Assembly: GCF_009914755.1 (NCBI RefSeq) | Contig: NC_060938.1 | Source: the human T2T-CHM13v2.0 reference genome, Homo sapiens | Strand: one strand, 5' to 3' | Length of the DNA stretch: 64,000 bases | Part shown: piece by piece, positions 30,090 through 41,960 of the stretch | Numbering within the stretch: the first letter of the stretch is position 1 | How the letters are laid out: each line of letters begins with the position of its first letter | Notes under the pieces: generated by a model | Databases searched by the model: none | Seen by the model: the letters and a program-made list of their open reading frames with translations, nothing else | Told to the model about the DNA's origin: nothing | Program-made: the position numbers and the translations under genes

Positions 30090-32878
30090 TGATCTAGTTT
30101 GGATGTTTGTCTGCTCCAAATCTCATGTTAAAATGTGATCTCCAATGGTGGAGGTGGGACTTAGTGGGAGGTATTAGATCATGGAGGCAGATCCCACATG
30201 ATTGGCTTAGCACCATCTCCTTGGTGATTAGTGAGTTCTCACTCTGATAGTTCTCACAAGGCCTGGTCATTGAAAAGAGTGTAGCACTTCTACCTCTCCC
30301 TCTCTTGCTCCTGCTGTTGCCATGTGATATGTCTGCTCCTCCTTCAGCTTCTGCCTTGGTTGAAAGCTTCCTGAGGCCTCACAGAAGCTGATGCCAGTGC
30401 CTGGCTTCTTGTACAGCCTGCAGAACCATGAGCCAATTAAACCTCTTTTCTTATAAATTACCCAGTCTCAGGTGTTTTTTTATAGTAATGCAAGAACTGA
30501 CTAATACAGAAAATTGATACTGAGAGCGTAGTGTTGCTATACAATATTTGAAAATGTGAAAGCAGCTTTGGAACTGCGTGAGAGGCAGAGGTAGGAAGAC
30601 TTTGTCAGGCTCAGAAGACAGGAAGACAAGGGTAAGTATGGAACTTCTTAGAGAATGGTTAAATGATTGTGACCAAAATGCTGATAAAGATTTTGGACAG
30701 TGGAGCCCAGGATGAAGAGGACTCAGATGGAAATAAGGACATTATTGGGAATTGAAGTCAAGGTCATCTGTTTTACCCCCTAGCAAAGAACTTGGCTGCA
30801 TTGTGTTCATGCCATAGGCATGTGTGGAAATTTGAACTTGAGTGATGATTTACTGTATCAAGCAGAAGAAATTTCTAAGCAGCAAAGCATTCAAGATGTG
30901 GCCTGTGTGCTTCTAATAGCTGAAATAAGATGTGGGAGCAAATAGATTACTTGAATTTGAAACTTATATCTAAACAGGAAAGAAAACACAAATATTTGAA
31001 AAATTTGCAACCTAACCTTGTGACAGAGAAAGAAAAAGCTTGTTTCGTGAGAGAAATACAAGAAGGCTGTGGAGTAATCACTTGCTAGAGAGATTAGCAT
31101 GACCCAAAGTGGGCCAAGTGCTAATACCCAAGACAATGGGAGAAAGACCTTGAAACCATTTCAGAAGTCTTTGGAACAGTCTCTCCAATCACAGGCCCAG
31201 AGGCCTAGGATGAAAGAATGGTTTGTGGGTCATGTCTGAGTCACCACTGCCCTATACTTCCCTAGGAACCTGCTCCTCCCATCCCAGCTGTACTGGGTCC
31301 AGCCTGGGTTTAAAGGACTCCAGGTATAGCTCAGGTTGCCACTCTGTAGAGTGCAAGCTGCCATAGCCTTAGAAGCTTCCATGTAGTATTAAGCCTGGGC
31401 ACACAAAGAATGTAAGAGTGAAAGAGGCTTGGCAGCTTCCACCTAGATTTCAGAGGATATATAAGGAAGCTTGAGTACCCAGGCAGAAGTCTGCCATGGG
31501 GTCAGAAGCCCTATAGAAATACTCTACTAGCTTAATGCCAAGGGGAAACGTGAGACTGAAGCTCCCCTATAGAGTGTCCACTGGGGCATTGCCTGGTAGA
31601 CCTGTGGGAAGGGAGATGTGGCCCTCCAGATCCCAGAAATGTAGGGCCACCAACAGCTTCTGTCCTGAGCATGGAGAAGGTGCCCGCACTCAAATCCAAA
31701 CTGTGGAAGCAGCCACAAGAGAATGAACCCTGCAAAGTCACAGTGAAGGAGCCATCCAAGGCCTTGGGAGCCCACTTTTCACACCAGGTTAGAGGACACG
31801 GAGTCAAGGATTATGTTGGAGCTTTAAGTTTTAATATCTGGCTTACAGGGATTTGGACTTGCTTGGGACCTTCTGTCCACCTCCACCCCCATTTATTTTT
31901 TAGCCAGTTTCTGCCTTTTTTGAATGGAAATATTTACCCAATGTATGTACCAGGATTGTATCTTGGAAGTATATAACTTGTTTTGATTTCGATTTTATGG
32001 ACTTATAGGCAGATGGTGATGCATCTTAGATGAAACCTGGAACCTTGGACTTGATGTTGGAATGAGTTAAGACTTTGGGGGACTGTTGAGAAAGGATGAT
32101 TGTATTTTATAATGTGAGAAGTTCATGAGATTTTGAGGCCAAGGGGAGAAATAATATAGTTTGGTTGTATTTTTCCCTTCTAATCTCAAGGTAAATGTAA
32201 TCCCCAATGTTGGAGGTGGGACCTAGTGGAGGTATTGGATCACGGGGGCAGATCCCTTATGAATGGCTTAGCACACTCTTCTTGCTGATGAGTGAGATCT
32301 TGTTCTGCTGGTTCATATGAGATCTGGTAGTTTAAAAGTGTGTGGCACATACCCCCTCCATCCTTTGTTTTTGTTTTGTTTTATTTTTTTTTAGACTGGA
32401 TCTCACTCTTTCACTCAGACATGGCATGATCATGGCTCACTGCACCTTCAAACTGCAGGGCTCAAGCAATCCTCCCACCTCTGCGTCCTCAGTAGCTCGG
32501 ACCACAGGCATGTACCTCCTTAGCCAGCTAATTTTTTAGTTATTTTTAGTAGAGACAGGGTCTCATTATGTTGCTCTGGCTGGTCTTGAACTTCTGGGCC
32601 CAAGCAATCCTCCCATGTCAGCCTCCCAAAGTGCTAGATTATAGGCGTGAGCCACTGCAACCAGACTCTATCTTGCTCTCATTCTCACCATGTGACTTTC
32701 CTGCTCCCCCTTTGCCTTCTACCATGACTATAAGTTTCCTGAGCACTCACCAGAAGCAGATGTTGGAACCATGCTCCATGTACAGCCTGAAAAACCATAA
32801 GCCAATTAAAACTTTCTTCATTATAAATTACTCAGTCTTAGATATTTCTTTATAGTGATCCAAGAACAGGCTAACATA
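30090..32878 (+). mobile_element. Full-structure MaLR element MSTA (LTR-internal-LTR)
   Basis: LTRs at 30090-30508 and ~32152-32878, with GGCTTAGCAC and CCATGAGCCAATTAAACCTC-type motifs; MaLR internal GCAGCTTTGGAACTG and GAAATTTCTAAGCAGCAAAGCATTCAAGA. Confidence 0.88.
32364..32667 (-). mobile_element. AluJ inserted in the MSTA 3' LTR
   Basis: Reverse Alu with J-type CTCAAGCAATCCTCCC in both arms; MST LTR sequence resumes afterwards. Confidence 0.88.
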
Positions 32879-33894
32879 TTACCTATGATAAGGAATTAAA
32901 TAAACAGTGATATGCACCTGAATTGGAGAAACAAAATTTAAGAGAATGTAAATACAATATTAAGTGTAGGCTCATGGAGAGCTCAAATGGCCACCTGGCC
33001 CTTCCAGAGTCTTTAGGGCTTCCAATATTAAAACTCTGTACTCTGTGACTCATCATGGAGTATACAGAATGATACGAATTATTTTAAAATATTAGTGGGG
33101 TGAGGTTTCTAAATTTTTTTAAATTATTTATAACCAATATTTGGTTTGTCAAACCCATAATCCTGGTAAGACAAAGAAAACACATAATACAACCCTGGTA
33201 CCTGCCTGATCATTTAAACACTTATAGATTTATTTTATTCACTTGCTACCTTCGATGCATGTTTCTTGTTATACAGAAGTTCTCTCATGTAGGAAAGCTG
33301 ATGCTATAACACTAGCGGAAATGTTATTAGAATATGTGTTATACTTATGGGGTATTTCTGGAGAAATCTTCAATGACAGAACTTGTTTCACAGGACAAAT
33401 TGTAAAATAGTTAAATAATATATTACAAATACAAGGGTACTAGGTAAAGCTAATTTGATTGATTAAATTACCTTGGTAACAAGTATTACCCATTAATAGC
33501 AATCAGATCCACTCTCATTGGAAAATATAGTTTTATGAAATAGTTACTAGAAGTAATATGCCCTTAATACTAGAACTTCTTCTATCTCACACTCATAAAC
33601 TCTGATATAAATTTGATGCATTATGCCAAAGGGTATTTTCACTAGATAAAAGAAGCCCTTTGTGATCCACCAACTGATGACAAACAGACTCTTCATGATG
33701 TAGAGCCCAGAGATTGTGTCTTCTGGAAGTTACATCTGAAAAAGACTTACCTTGAGCCCCATTAGAAGATACCATACAAATTACTTCTAACCACCCACAC
33801 TGCAGCAAAACTTCAATGCTTCAAGTGTTGGATCCACATGTCTCCATGCAAAAGGCCCCCTCCAGACTCTTGGGCCAATATACTCATTGAAGAA

Positions 33895-36184
33895 TGTATT
33901 AGTCTATTCTCCCACTGCCAGTAAAGGTATACCTGAGACTGGGTAATTTATAAAGAAGAGAGGTTTAATTGACACACAGTTCCACATGACTAGGGAGGCC
34001 ACACAATCATGGCAGAAGGCAAATGAAGAGAAAAGTCATGTCTTAATGGTGGCAGGCAAGAGAAAGTGTGCAGGGGAACTCCCCTTTATAAAATCATCAA
34101 AGCTCTTGAGACTTATTCACTTTCACAAGAACAGCATGGGGGAAACCACCCCCAATGATCCAATCACTTCCCACCAGGTCCCTCATATGACACATGGGGA
34201 TTATGGGAGCTACAATTCAAGATGAAATTTGGGTGGAGAAACAGCCAAATCATATCATTCCATCCCTGGCCCCTCCCAAATCTCATGTCCTCGCATTTCA
34301 AAACCAATCATGCCTTGCCAACGGTCCCCTAAAATCTCAACTCATTTCAGCATTAACTCAATAGTCCACAGTCCAAAGTCTTATCTGAGACAAGGCAAGT
34401 CCCTTTCACCTATAAGTCTGTAAAATCCAAAGCAAATTAGTTACTTCTTAGATACAATGGGGGTACAGGCATTGGATAAATACAGCTGTTCCAAATGTGA
34501 TAAATTGAACAAGATGAAGGGGCTGCAGGCCCCTTGCAAGTCTGAAATCCAAAAGGGCAATAAAATTTTAAAGCTCCAAAATGAACTCCTTTCACTCCAT
34601 CTCCCACATCCAGGTAATGCTGATGCAAGAGATGGGTTCCCATCGTCATAGGCAGCTCTGCCCCTGTGGCTTTGCAGGGTACAGCCCCCCCTCCTGGCTG
34701 CTTTTACAGGCTGGCATTGAGCATATGCGGCTTTTCCAGGCACAGCGTGCAAGCTATCGGTGGATTGACCATTCTGGGGTTGAGGAGGACTGGAGGACAG
34801 TGGCCCTCTTCTCACAGCTCCACTAGGCAGTGACCCAGTGGGGCCTCTGTGTGGGGGCTCTTACTCCACATTCCCCTTCCACACTGTGCTAGCAGAGGTT
34901 CTCTATGAGGACCTCGCCCCTGCAGCAAACTTCCGCCTGGACATCCAGGCATTTCCATACATCCTCTGAAATCTAGGGGGAGGTTCCCAACTCTAAATTC
35001 TTGATTTCTGTGCCCCCACAGGCTCAAAACCATGTGGAAGCTGCCCAGGCTTGGGGCTTGCACCCTCTAAATCCGTGGTCTGAGCTGTACCTTGGTCCCT
35101 TTTAGCCATGGCTGGAGCGACTGGGATGACTGGGACACAGGGTACCAAGTCCCTAGGCTGCACACAGCAAGAGGACCCAGGGCCTGGCCCAAGAAATCAT
35201 ATTTAGCTCCTAGGCTTCTGGACCTGTGATGGAAGGGACTGCTGAGAAGGTCTCTGACATGCCCTGGGTACATTTTCTCCATTGTCTTGGTGATTAACAT
35301 TAGCCTCCTTGTTATTTATGCAAATTCTGAGAATTCCTGCAGCTGGGTTGAATTTCTTCCTAGAAAATGGGTTTTTCTTTTCTATTGCATAATCAGGCTA
35401 CAAATTTTCCAAACTTTTATGCTCTACTTCCTCTTGAACACTTTACTGCTTAGAAATTTCTTCCACCAGATACCCTAAATCATCTATCTCAAGTTCAAAA
35501 TTTCACAAATCTCTAGGGCAGGGGCAAAATGCCACCAGTCTCTTTGCATAGGAAGAGTGACCTTTACTCCAGTTCCCAACAAGTTCCTCATCTCCATCTG
35601 AAACCACTTCAGCCTGGATCTTATTGTCCCTATCACTATAAGCATTTTGTTCAAAGCCATTCAACAAGTCTCTAGGAAGTTCCAAATTTTCCCACATCTT
35701 CCCGTCTTCTTTTGAGCCCTCCAAACTGTTCCAACCTCTGCCTCTTACCCAGTTCCAAAGTCATTTCCGCATTTGTGTGTATCTTTACAGCAGCACCCCA
35801 GTACCTGGTACCAATTTAGTGTGCTAGTCTGTTCTAAGGCTGCTAATAAAGACATACCTGAAACTGAGTAATTATAAAGGAAAACGGTTTAATTGACTCA
35901 CAGTTCTGCGTGGCTGGGGCAAGCCCTCACAACCATGGCAGAAAGCAAAAAAGGAAAAAAGTCACATCTTACATGACAGCAGGCAAGAGAGATTGTGCAG
36001 GGGAACTCCCCTTTATAAAGCCATCAAATCTTATGAGAGTTATTCACTATCACAAGAACAGCACGGGAAAGACCCACCCCCATGATTCAATTACCTCCCA
36101 CTGGGTCCTTCCCATGACATCTGGGAATTATGGGAGCCACAGTTCAAGATAAGATTTGGATGGGGACACAGCCAAACCATATCA
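33895..36184 (-). mobile_element. Full-structure THE1B (MaLR) element
   Basis: Two ~363-bp LTRs (33895-34257, 35820-36184) with GTGCAGGGGAACTCCCCTTTATAAA; ~1.56-kb THE1 internal region; 5-bp TSD AAGAA/AAGAC. Confidence 0.92.
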
Positions 36185-37806
36185 AAGACCTCAAGGTGAA
36201 ACTCACCAGGAAGGTTTTTCCTCAGAAGCAGAAGACATCCTAAATGTGGATAGTTTTCTCAGGATTACAGGTCAAGATTTCTTACCTCTGTCATCAGGAA
36301 ACCTTTGTTGCCTTTCTTTTTTCCCCTGTTTTGTTGTTGATGTTATTGTTTATACATGGAAAGATAATGCAATAATTAAGACTTCATGATCTATAGTTTC
36401 AAGAATTCTCTGGCTTACCCTGTAACAAATTTCACTGATATTCCAAGTGCAATATTTGGTTCTTTCTATAAAGTTAGGATGTTATGGTCATAAATTTAGA
36501 TTTTTTTAATATCTAATAGTAAGCAAAGTATATAGTGATATTTTAACTTTAAGTTATGCCAGAAAATGGATAAGAAAACCACACCTCAAAATATAAATTA
36601 AAAGTTTGTAGCCGAATTTATAACATTAATCCTTTAATTATTGGTAGCCTCCAGCCATGCAATGATTCACTAATGAAGCCTTAGAGAACTATTACTAGAG
36701 CTTTCCTACTGGTGACACCTAACACACAAGGCATCTCACAGGGAACTGTCTGCTGTGCCCCTCTAGGATATATTGCTTGTCTGTGGAGTATTTAATGTTC
36801 AATGAAATATGTAGCCAAATACATGTCTTAATAACTGGAAGATAAGGGGCCAATGTGGATTAGGGATTCTGTCGGTACCACTGTCACCCCATGAACAACT
36901 GGAAGCTGGACACCTTTTAATTGTCACCATGGAATAAGGAGCAATTTGCAAGCAATCATAAATCCCTCTAAATGGGCATCTTTTGGTAGACAGCTCCTCC
37001 CTATTCTGTCATAAATCTAAATGGTATTATGATTAGGAATCTGTCTCAAACATTACTATAGCTACCTCTACTGCAATGGCTACGGTTGCCCAGAAAACAT
37101 CTTTAAATTTTTGCTAAAGGTGTTTTAGATAACATGATTGCTTTGGACTATCTTTTGGTTAAATAGAGGGAATCTGTGTAATGACTAAGACCCACTACTG
37201 CCCTTGGATAAATATATCTAGTATGATAGAAACTCAGAGGTAAGAAATCCACAAAAAAACGTACTTTGTTTAAAAAAAAAAAGTAGATTCATATTCTGGC
37301 TCAATTTTGATGTATTTGATTTTGAGCTGTTCAATTTGTGGGGATTCCTATAAAGGAGCATACTTTGGACTCTTAGCACTATCCTTTCGATAGCCATTAT
37401 AATAGTCTCCCTGTTATACCATATACTCTTAAGGGTCTTAAATGCTTGAATGCAGTCATCTGTTATATGTAAAATGATCTTATTACAGAAAAATCAAAAG
37501 AGAACATAAAGAAACATTCAACTGACCTGAAGCCATGAATTGTGAATTACACAGTGAGACCAAACAAATTCATTATGATGGTGACAGAGAGTGGAATTAA
37601 TGCCTAAGGTTTTGGTAAATCTCTCAAAATTGAGAGGCTGACAGAAATGAAAGAATTGTTAAATTAAACTAAATTTGGCCTGAGGTTGCATTTGTACTTT
37701 GAGTTCCTATGTAGAGAACTGCAACCCAACTTAGCATGTAAATAAATTGCAACCTAATTTAAGAGTATATTCTTGTAACAGATAGCTGAGTCTCAGCCAA
37801 TCATAG

Positions 37807-38246
37807 TGTTACTGTAATACAAGGGGTTTGGTCTAGGTCCTGTTGCTCATGACACAGAGAGCCAATGACTTAGATGGCCAGTATTGCCATGGAAGAAAGC
37901 TTTAATTAGGTGTTGCAACCGGGTAGATGGGAGGTGAGTCTCAAATCCATCTCCCTGACCAGCTAAAATTAGGGGTGTATATAGTAGGAAAAAAATGTAA
38001 CAATGTGTTGGAAAACAGGGGCTAGGGAGGGGTAAGGAAACAAAATGAGGAGTCTAGCATCCCATTGTCTGAATACAGTTATCTAGTGAGTTTCAGTTCT
38101 TTCATACTTTTTGAGAGGCCTAGCTGTCTTTCCTGAGGAAGGAACTCAGATAAAACAAATATAAGTTTCAAGCTTTAAGATCAGAAGGGTCAATTTCTAT
38201 GTTTTTATCCAAAGGAACTGTCAATGGGACTGTTGGGTCATTTTCA
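37807..38246 (-). mobile_element. ERV1 solo LTR (MER66-like) inserted in the MER57-like 3' LTR
   Basis: TG...CA ends; 4-bp TSD ATAG at 37803-37806 and 38247-38250; host LTR sequence resumes at 38251. Confidence 0.8.
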
Positions 38247-38406
38247 ATAGTAGTTAAGTTTTGTCCAGTCACAAGATGCCAATTGATTAGGCTATGTCCA
38301 TATAAGGGAACTGTCTCATCACACCATTCTCAAATGCAGAAACATGGATCAATCTCATATGTGTAACTTTGATTGAGAAAGGCAAGAAACAAAAGAATCA
38401 TTCTAG

Positions 38407-38701
<295 letters not shown>

Positions 38702-38879
38702 TCATTATAGTCTTAAAGTATTATTCCAAGGTTGTCCCAGACTAACATATATCAATTAGGGATACATACAAAGGTAAAGAAATGCAAATAAGCAACCATC
38801 ATAAAGTAAGAACAGTAATTACCTACAAGGCAATGCAGAGATTTGGGATCAAAAATACCCTGTTGGCAATGTTTTAATT

Positions 38880-39025
38880 CTTTTTTAAAAAATGTATTTA
38901 CTTTTTATAGAAATGGGGTCTCACTATGTTTCCCAGGCTGGCCTTGAATTCCTGGCCTCAAGTGATCCTCCTGCCTCGGCCTCTCAGTATACTGGGATTA
39001 AAGCTGTGAGCCACTGTACCAGGCC
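38880..39025 (-). mobile_element. Free left Alu monomer (FLAM)
   Basis: Single left arm with its own tail; TSD ATGTTTTAATT at 38869-38879 and 39028-39038. Confidence 0.85.
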
Positions 39026-39089
39026 TGATGTTTTAATTATTGATCTGAGTGTAAGATCAAATAGTATATGATGTTAATTGGGTTATGAA

Positions 39090-39416
39090 TGGGGTTAAAA
39101 TTACACCTTGCTCTCTATGTCAGGACATTTGTCATTGGAATCCAGTTACCATGGTGGAAGGATGACCAATTAGCCCATGACAAGAGACTGCATGAAGAAA
39201 CCACAGTGGAGAGAAACTGAGGCCTCCAGGAAATAGCTAGTATTAATCACAAGACTAATGAGTGAATGAGCTTCCAAGCTTCCATCTGCGGCCAGACACA
39301 GTGGAGCAGAGAAGCCATATCTTCCTGCCCTGTCCAAATTCCTTGCTCACAGATTTCATAAGCATAATAAATAAATGTTTTGCTATAGTTTGTATGTTCT
39401 CATAATAAGCGGAGCA
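39090..39416 (+). mobile_element. MLT1 (MLT1F/G-like) LTR, 3' part
   Basis: GGAGAGAAACTGAGGCCTCCAG, GTGGAGCAGAGA and CCCTGTCCAAATTCCT...AGCATAATAAAT. Confidence 0.7.
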
Positions 39417-40661
39417 GGTGATCACTTTATAAAGACTTGTGAAATTGTACTTACAGGTGTATGTACTTTTCTGAAAATATGATCTTTTTTCGCAATAATT
39501 TTTTTTAAATCTATATTTTAATCGTGCCTTTTTCCGATTTGATCTTACATGATATTTGTTTTACTGGTTTTTCTTTAATTTTCACAGCTGATGGACAGCA
39601 AAACTTGATTCAGAATCACACTGCTGGTTTATGGATTCAAAAGATTCAACTCTAAAAAGCTCTTACTTCCCATTTTCACTGCTCTCATCCTTATTATTTA
39701 TTTATTTACACCTTGAACAGACACAGCCTTAATATATTTTCTATACCCATTCCAATCCATTATTATGTTATTTTCCAAAACAGCTCTGATCATATCACTT
39801 CCCTGATTACAAAAGAAAACAAAGGTATCAATTTAGGATTTTAAATGGTAGCTAAGGGACATATGTTGATAATCTCTTCTACTTCAGGATACAATAAAAA
39901 TATTATAACGGTAAACTAACACACTTTACAAATATGTCAAGCATTTGCAAGTAATTTATTTCAGTTAAAATTATAAAATGTTTTACTTTAAATATATAAA
40001 TAAAAATGAAATTTAAATACAGTACAGAAATTGCATTATAAAAAGTCAGAGAAAATAAAATTTTAAAAATACTATACATATTGTGTGTAACATACCAATA
40101 AGGATACAATCTATTAGAAAAAAAATATGTTAAAATAAGAGTAAACTAGAAAAGTATATTTTTTCCATCAATAAAAGATACATAATGAAAAATATGCATG
40201 AATAAGAATTTCTAAAAATTCTCAGGAAGACAAAAAATAAAATGAATGTACTGGTAAAATAAAAACAAATTTGAAAAAAGCTTAACAATAACAGAAGATA
40301 CAATTGAATGCTCCTGAAGAATACAGAGTGATTCTGAACCAGGAATACAGTGATAGCAGAGGCAGCTACGTGAAATGGAAGGTGGTAAATAGAGGCATTG
40401 AACACATGGAAGTGTAATGGTTCACTCACCTTTGCCCCACCATTTCTCGTCCATTTACAAAATAATAATAATAATAATAATGCAGATTTTTTTAAAAAAG
40501 TCATCACTTAAGAAGTTGAGCCAAAAGTCTTTGGAGAAATAGGATAATAGAATATCTGAATATCTGTACCACACAAAGGAATCTCCACATAATTTTGATG
40601 ATACAGGTTGGGGGATTCCCTACATAATAACTAAATTTCTCACAGGTTACTATTAACCATG

Positions 40662-40800
40662 ATTGTTAAATCATAACTATTAACTATTAACCATATTAAG
40701 TTAATAGTTAAACTATTAACCGTATTAAGTTAATAGTTAAACTATTAACTGTATTAAGTTAATAGTTAAAAATCAAAGTTAATAGTAATGATTTAACAAT
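40662..40800. repeat. Palindromic minisatellite: 3 x 29-bp hairpin units within a 24-bp inverted repeat
   Basis: Units at 40682-40710, 40711-40739 and 40740-40768; outer arms at 40662-40685 and 40777-40800 (23/24 complementary). Confidence 0.92.
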
Positions 40801-41845
40801 TAATGAAGTATTTTGGAATAGAAGATCTAAGCCTACCACCTTTCAGTTCAAGCAGTCATTGATATGCTGTGGAGAAGGCACCCGAAAGTTAAAGTTCTTT
40901 TTTCACTTATAAAGAAATCCATAAAAGTGAAATAAAATCCCTGCCACCCTCACTCAGTAGGATACCACAAAGATTAATGAGGTAATGCAAAATAGTGCTT
41001 TGAGCTATTCATACGAATGGTGCTTTACAGAGGTACTTTATTGTAATTATTCTCTGCATTTACCTTTAATGCCGTATCTAAAGAATTTTGGACTAGAAGG
41101 GAATGTAACTTTCCAGTACACAGAAGGTGTTTCAAAGTCATCTGTTCCAATCTTAACTGTTAGCTATATTTTTCTTAAATTAATTAAAATCTGCATTTTA
41201 TAATTCCTTTGTATTTTGGATTATTGCAATGAATTAAGGAAGGTAAGGGATTTAAAGTGTCTGGCTCTTGGTAGGACCTTATTAAATATTTGTTTTGATA
41301 ATGTTACTGTTTGCAGTCAAAACAGTTACAGTAAAAATGGTTTTAGAAGTTGTAACAAATCAGGCTGCAGGATCTGGGAAAAAAAGGGCTAAACTGCCTT
41401 TAATGGGGAACCCTATTAAAGTTGGAAAGCTGACACTTAATAGACTATCCAGGGTAGAATAAATGACTGACGATCACATTCTTAGATGGAGTTTCTTTGT
41501 TTTCTTGTTTGCGAGTGATCTATTCTCCAATTATCTCAAATTGAACTTTCAACAATTGTTTCCAATGATGGTCAGTTGAAATAGTTAAATTTGTTTGAGA
41601 AAAAACTTATCGCTAAGCGAAGACCTTTATTGAGGCTTTCCTGGAGCACAGGAGGCATAGCCCAAAGACAGACAGTTTTCATTATAGTAATAAATTATAT
41701 CTGTTATAGCCAATGTTAAATAAGTTATGGGTTCTTTAACGTCTTTAAAAAAGTCATGACCATAAACCTATGAAAAGATCATAGATGGTTGATATTCTGA
41801 ACCCAGGCAAAGTACAGATATATTTTTAAATCTGTGGAGACCTAC

Positions 41846-41960
41846 CTGTGTTGCAGGTATACTTGTAAAATGGTTCCAAGTGATCCACACCTCCTGGTAT
41901 GTCCTTGTAGAATCAATACTCAAGACTTGAGTGAGAGAGAGACATGTGACTTGCTTTTCC
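41846..41960 (+). mobile_element. MLT1E/F-like LTR 5' fragment
   Basis: TGATCCACACCTCCTGGTAT...TTGAGTG...GTGACTTGCTT. Confidence 0.6.

Larger units (their letters stand above)
27388..38335 (+). mobile_element. ERV1 MER4-group provirus (MER57-like LTRs, degraded internal region) with several nested insertions
   Basis: 5' LTR 27388-27792 (TGTTAAA...TTTAACA); homologous 3' LTR starts 37657 and breaks off near 38335; gag-like remnant ~28075-28310; env transmembrane (TM) remnant ~37030-37230 (LDNMIALDYLL, immunosuppressive-domain-like). Confidence 0.82.

Noticed and set aside
30891-36389. Dense cluster of short ORFs
   Set aside because: Nearly all fall within MST/THE1 sequence or a nested Alu; higher GC explains the open frames and none is a full MaLR ORF.
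36840-37450. Possible co-opted env (syncytin-like) gene
   Set aside because: The immunosuppressive-domain-like motif is visible, but the frame is broken by stops and indels and no long ORF exists.
40682-40768. CRISPR-like array of palindromic repeats
   Set aside because: The units are contiguous with no unique spacers, there are no cas genes, and the context is eukaryotic; it is a minisatellite.
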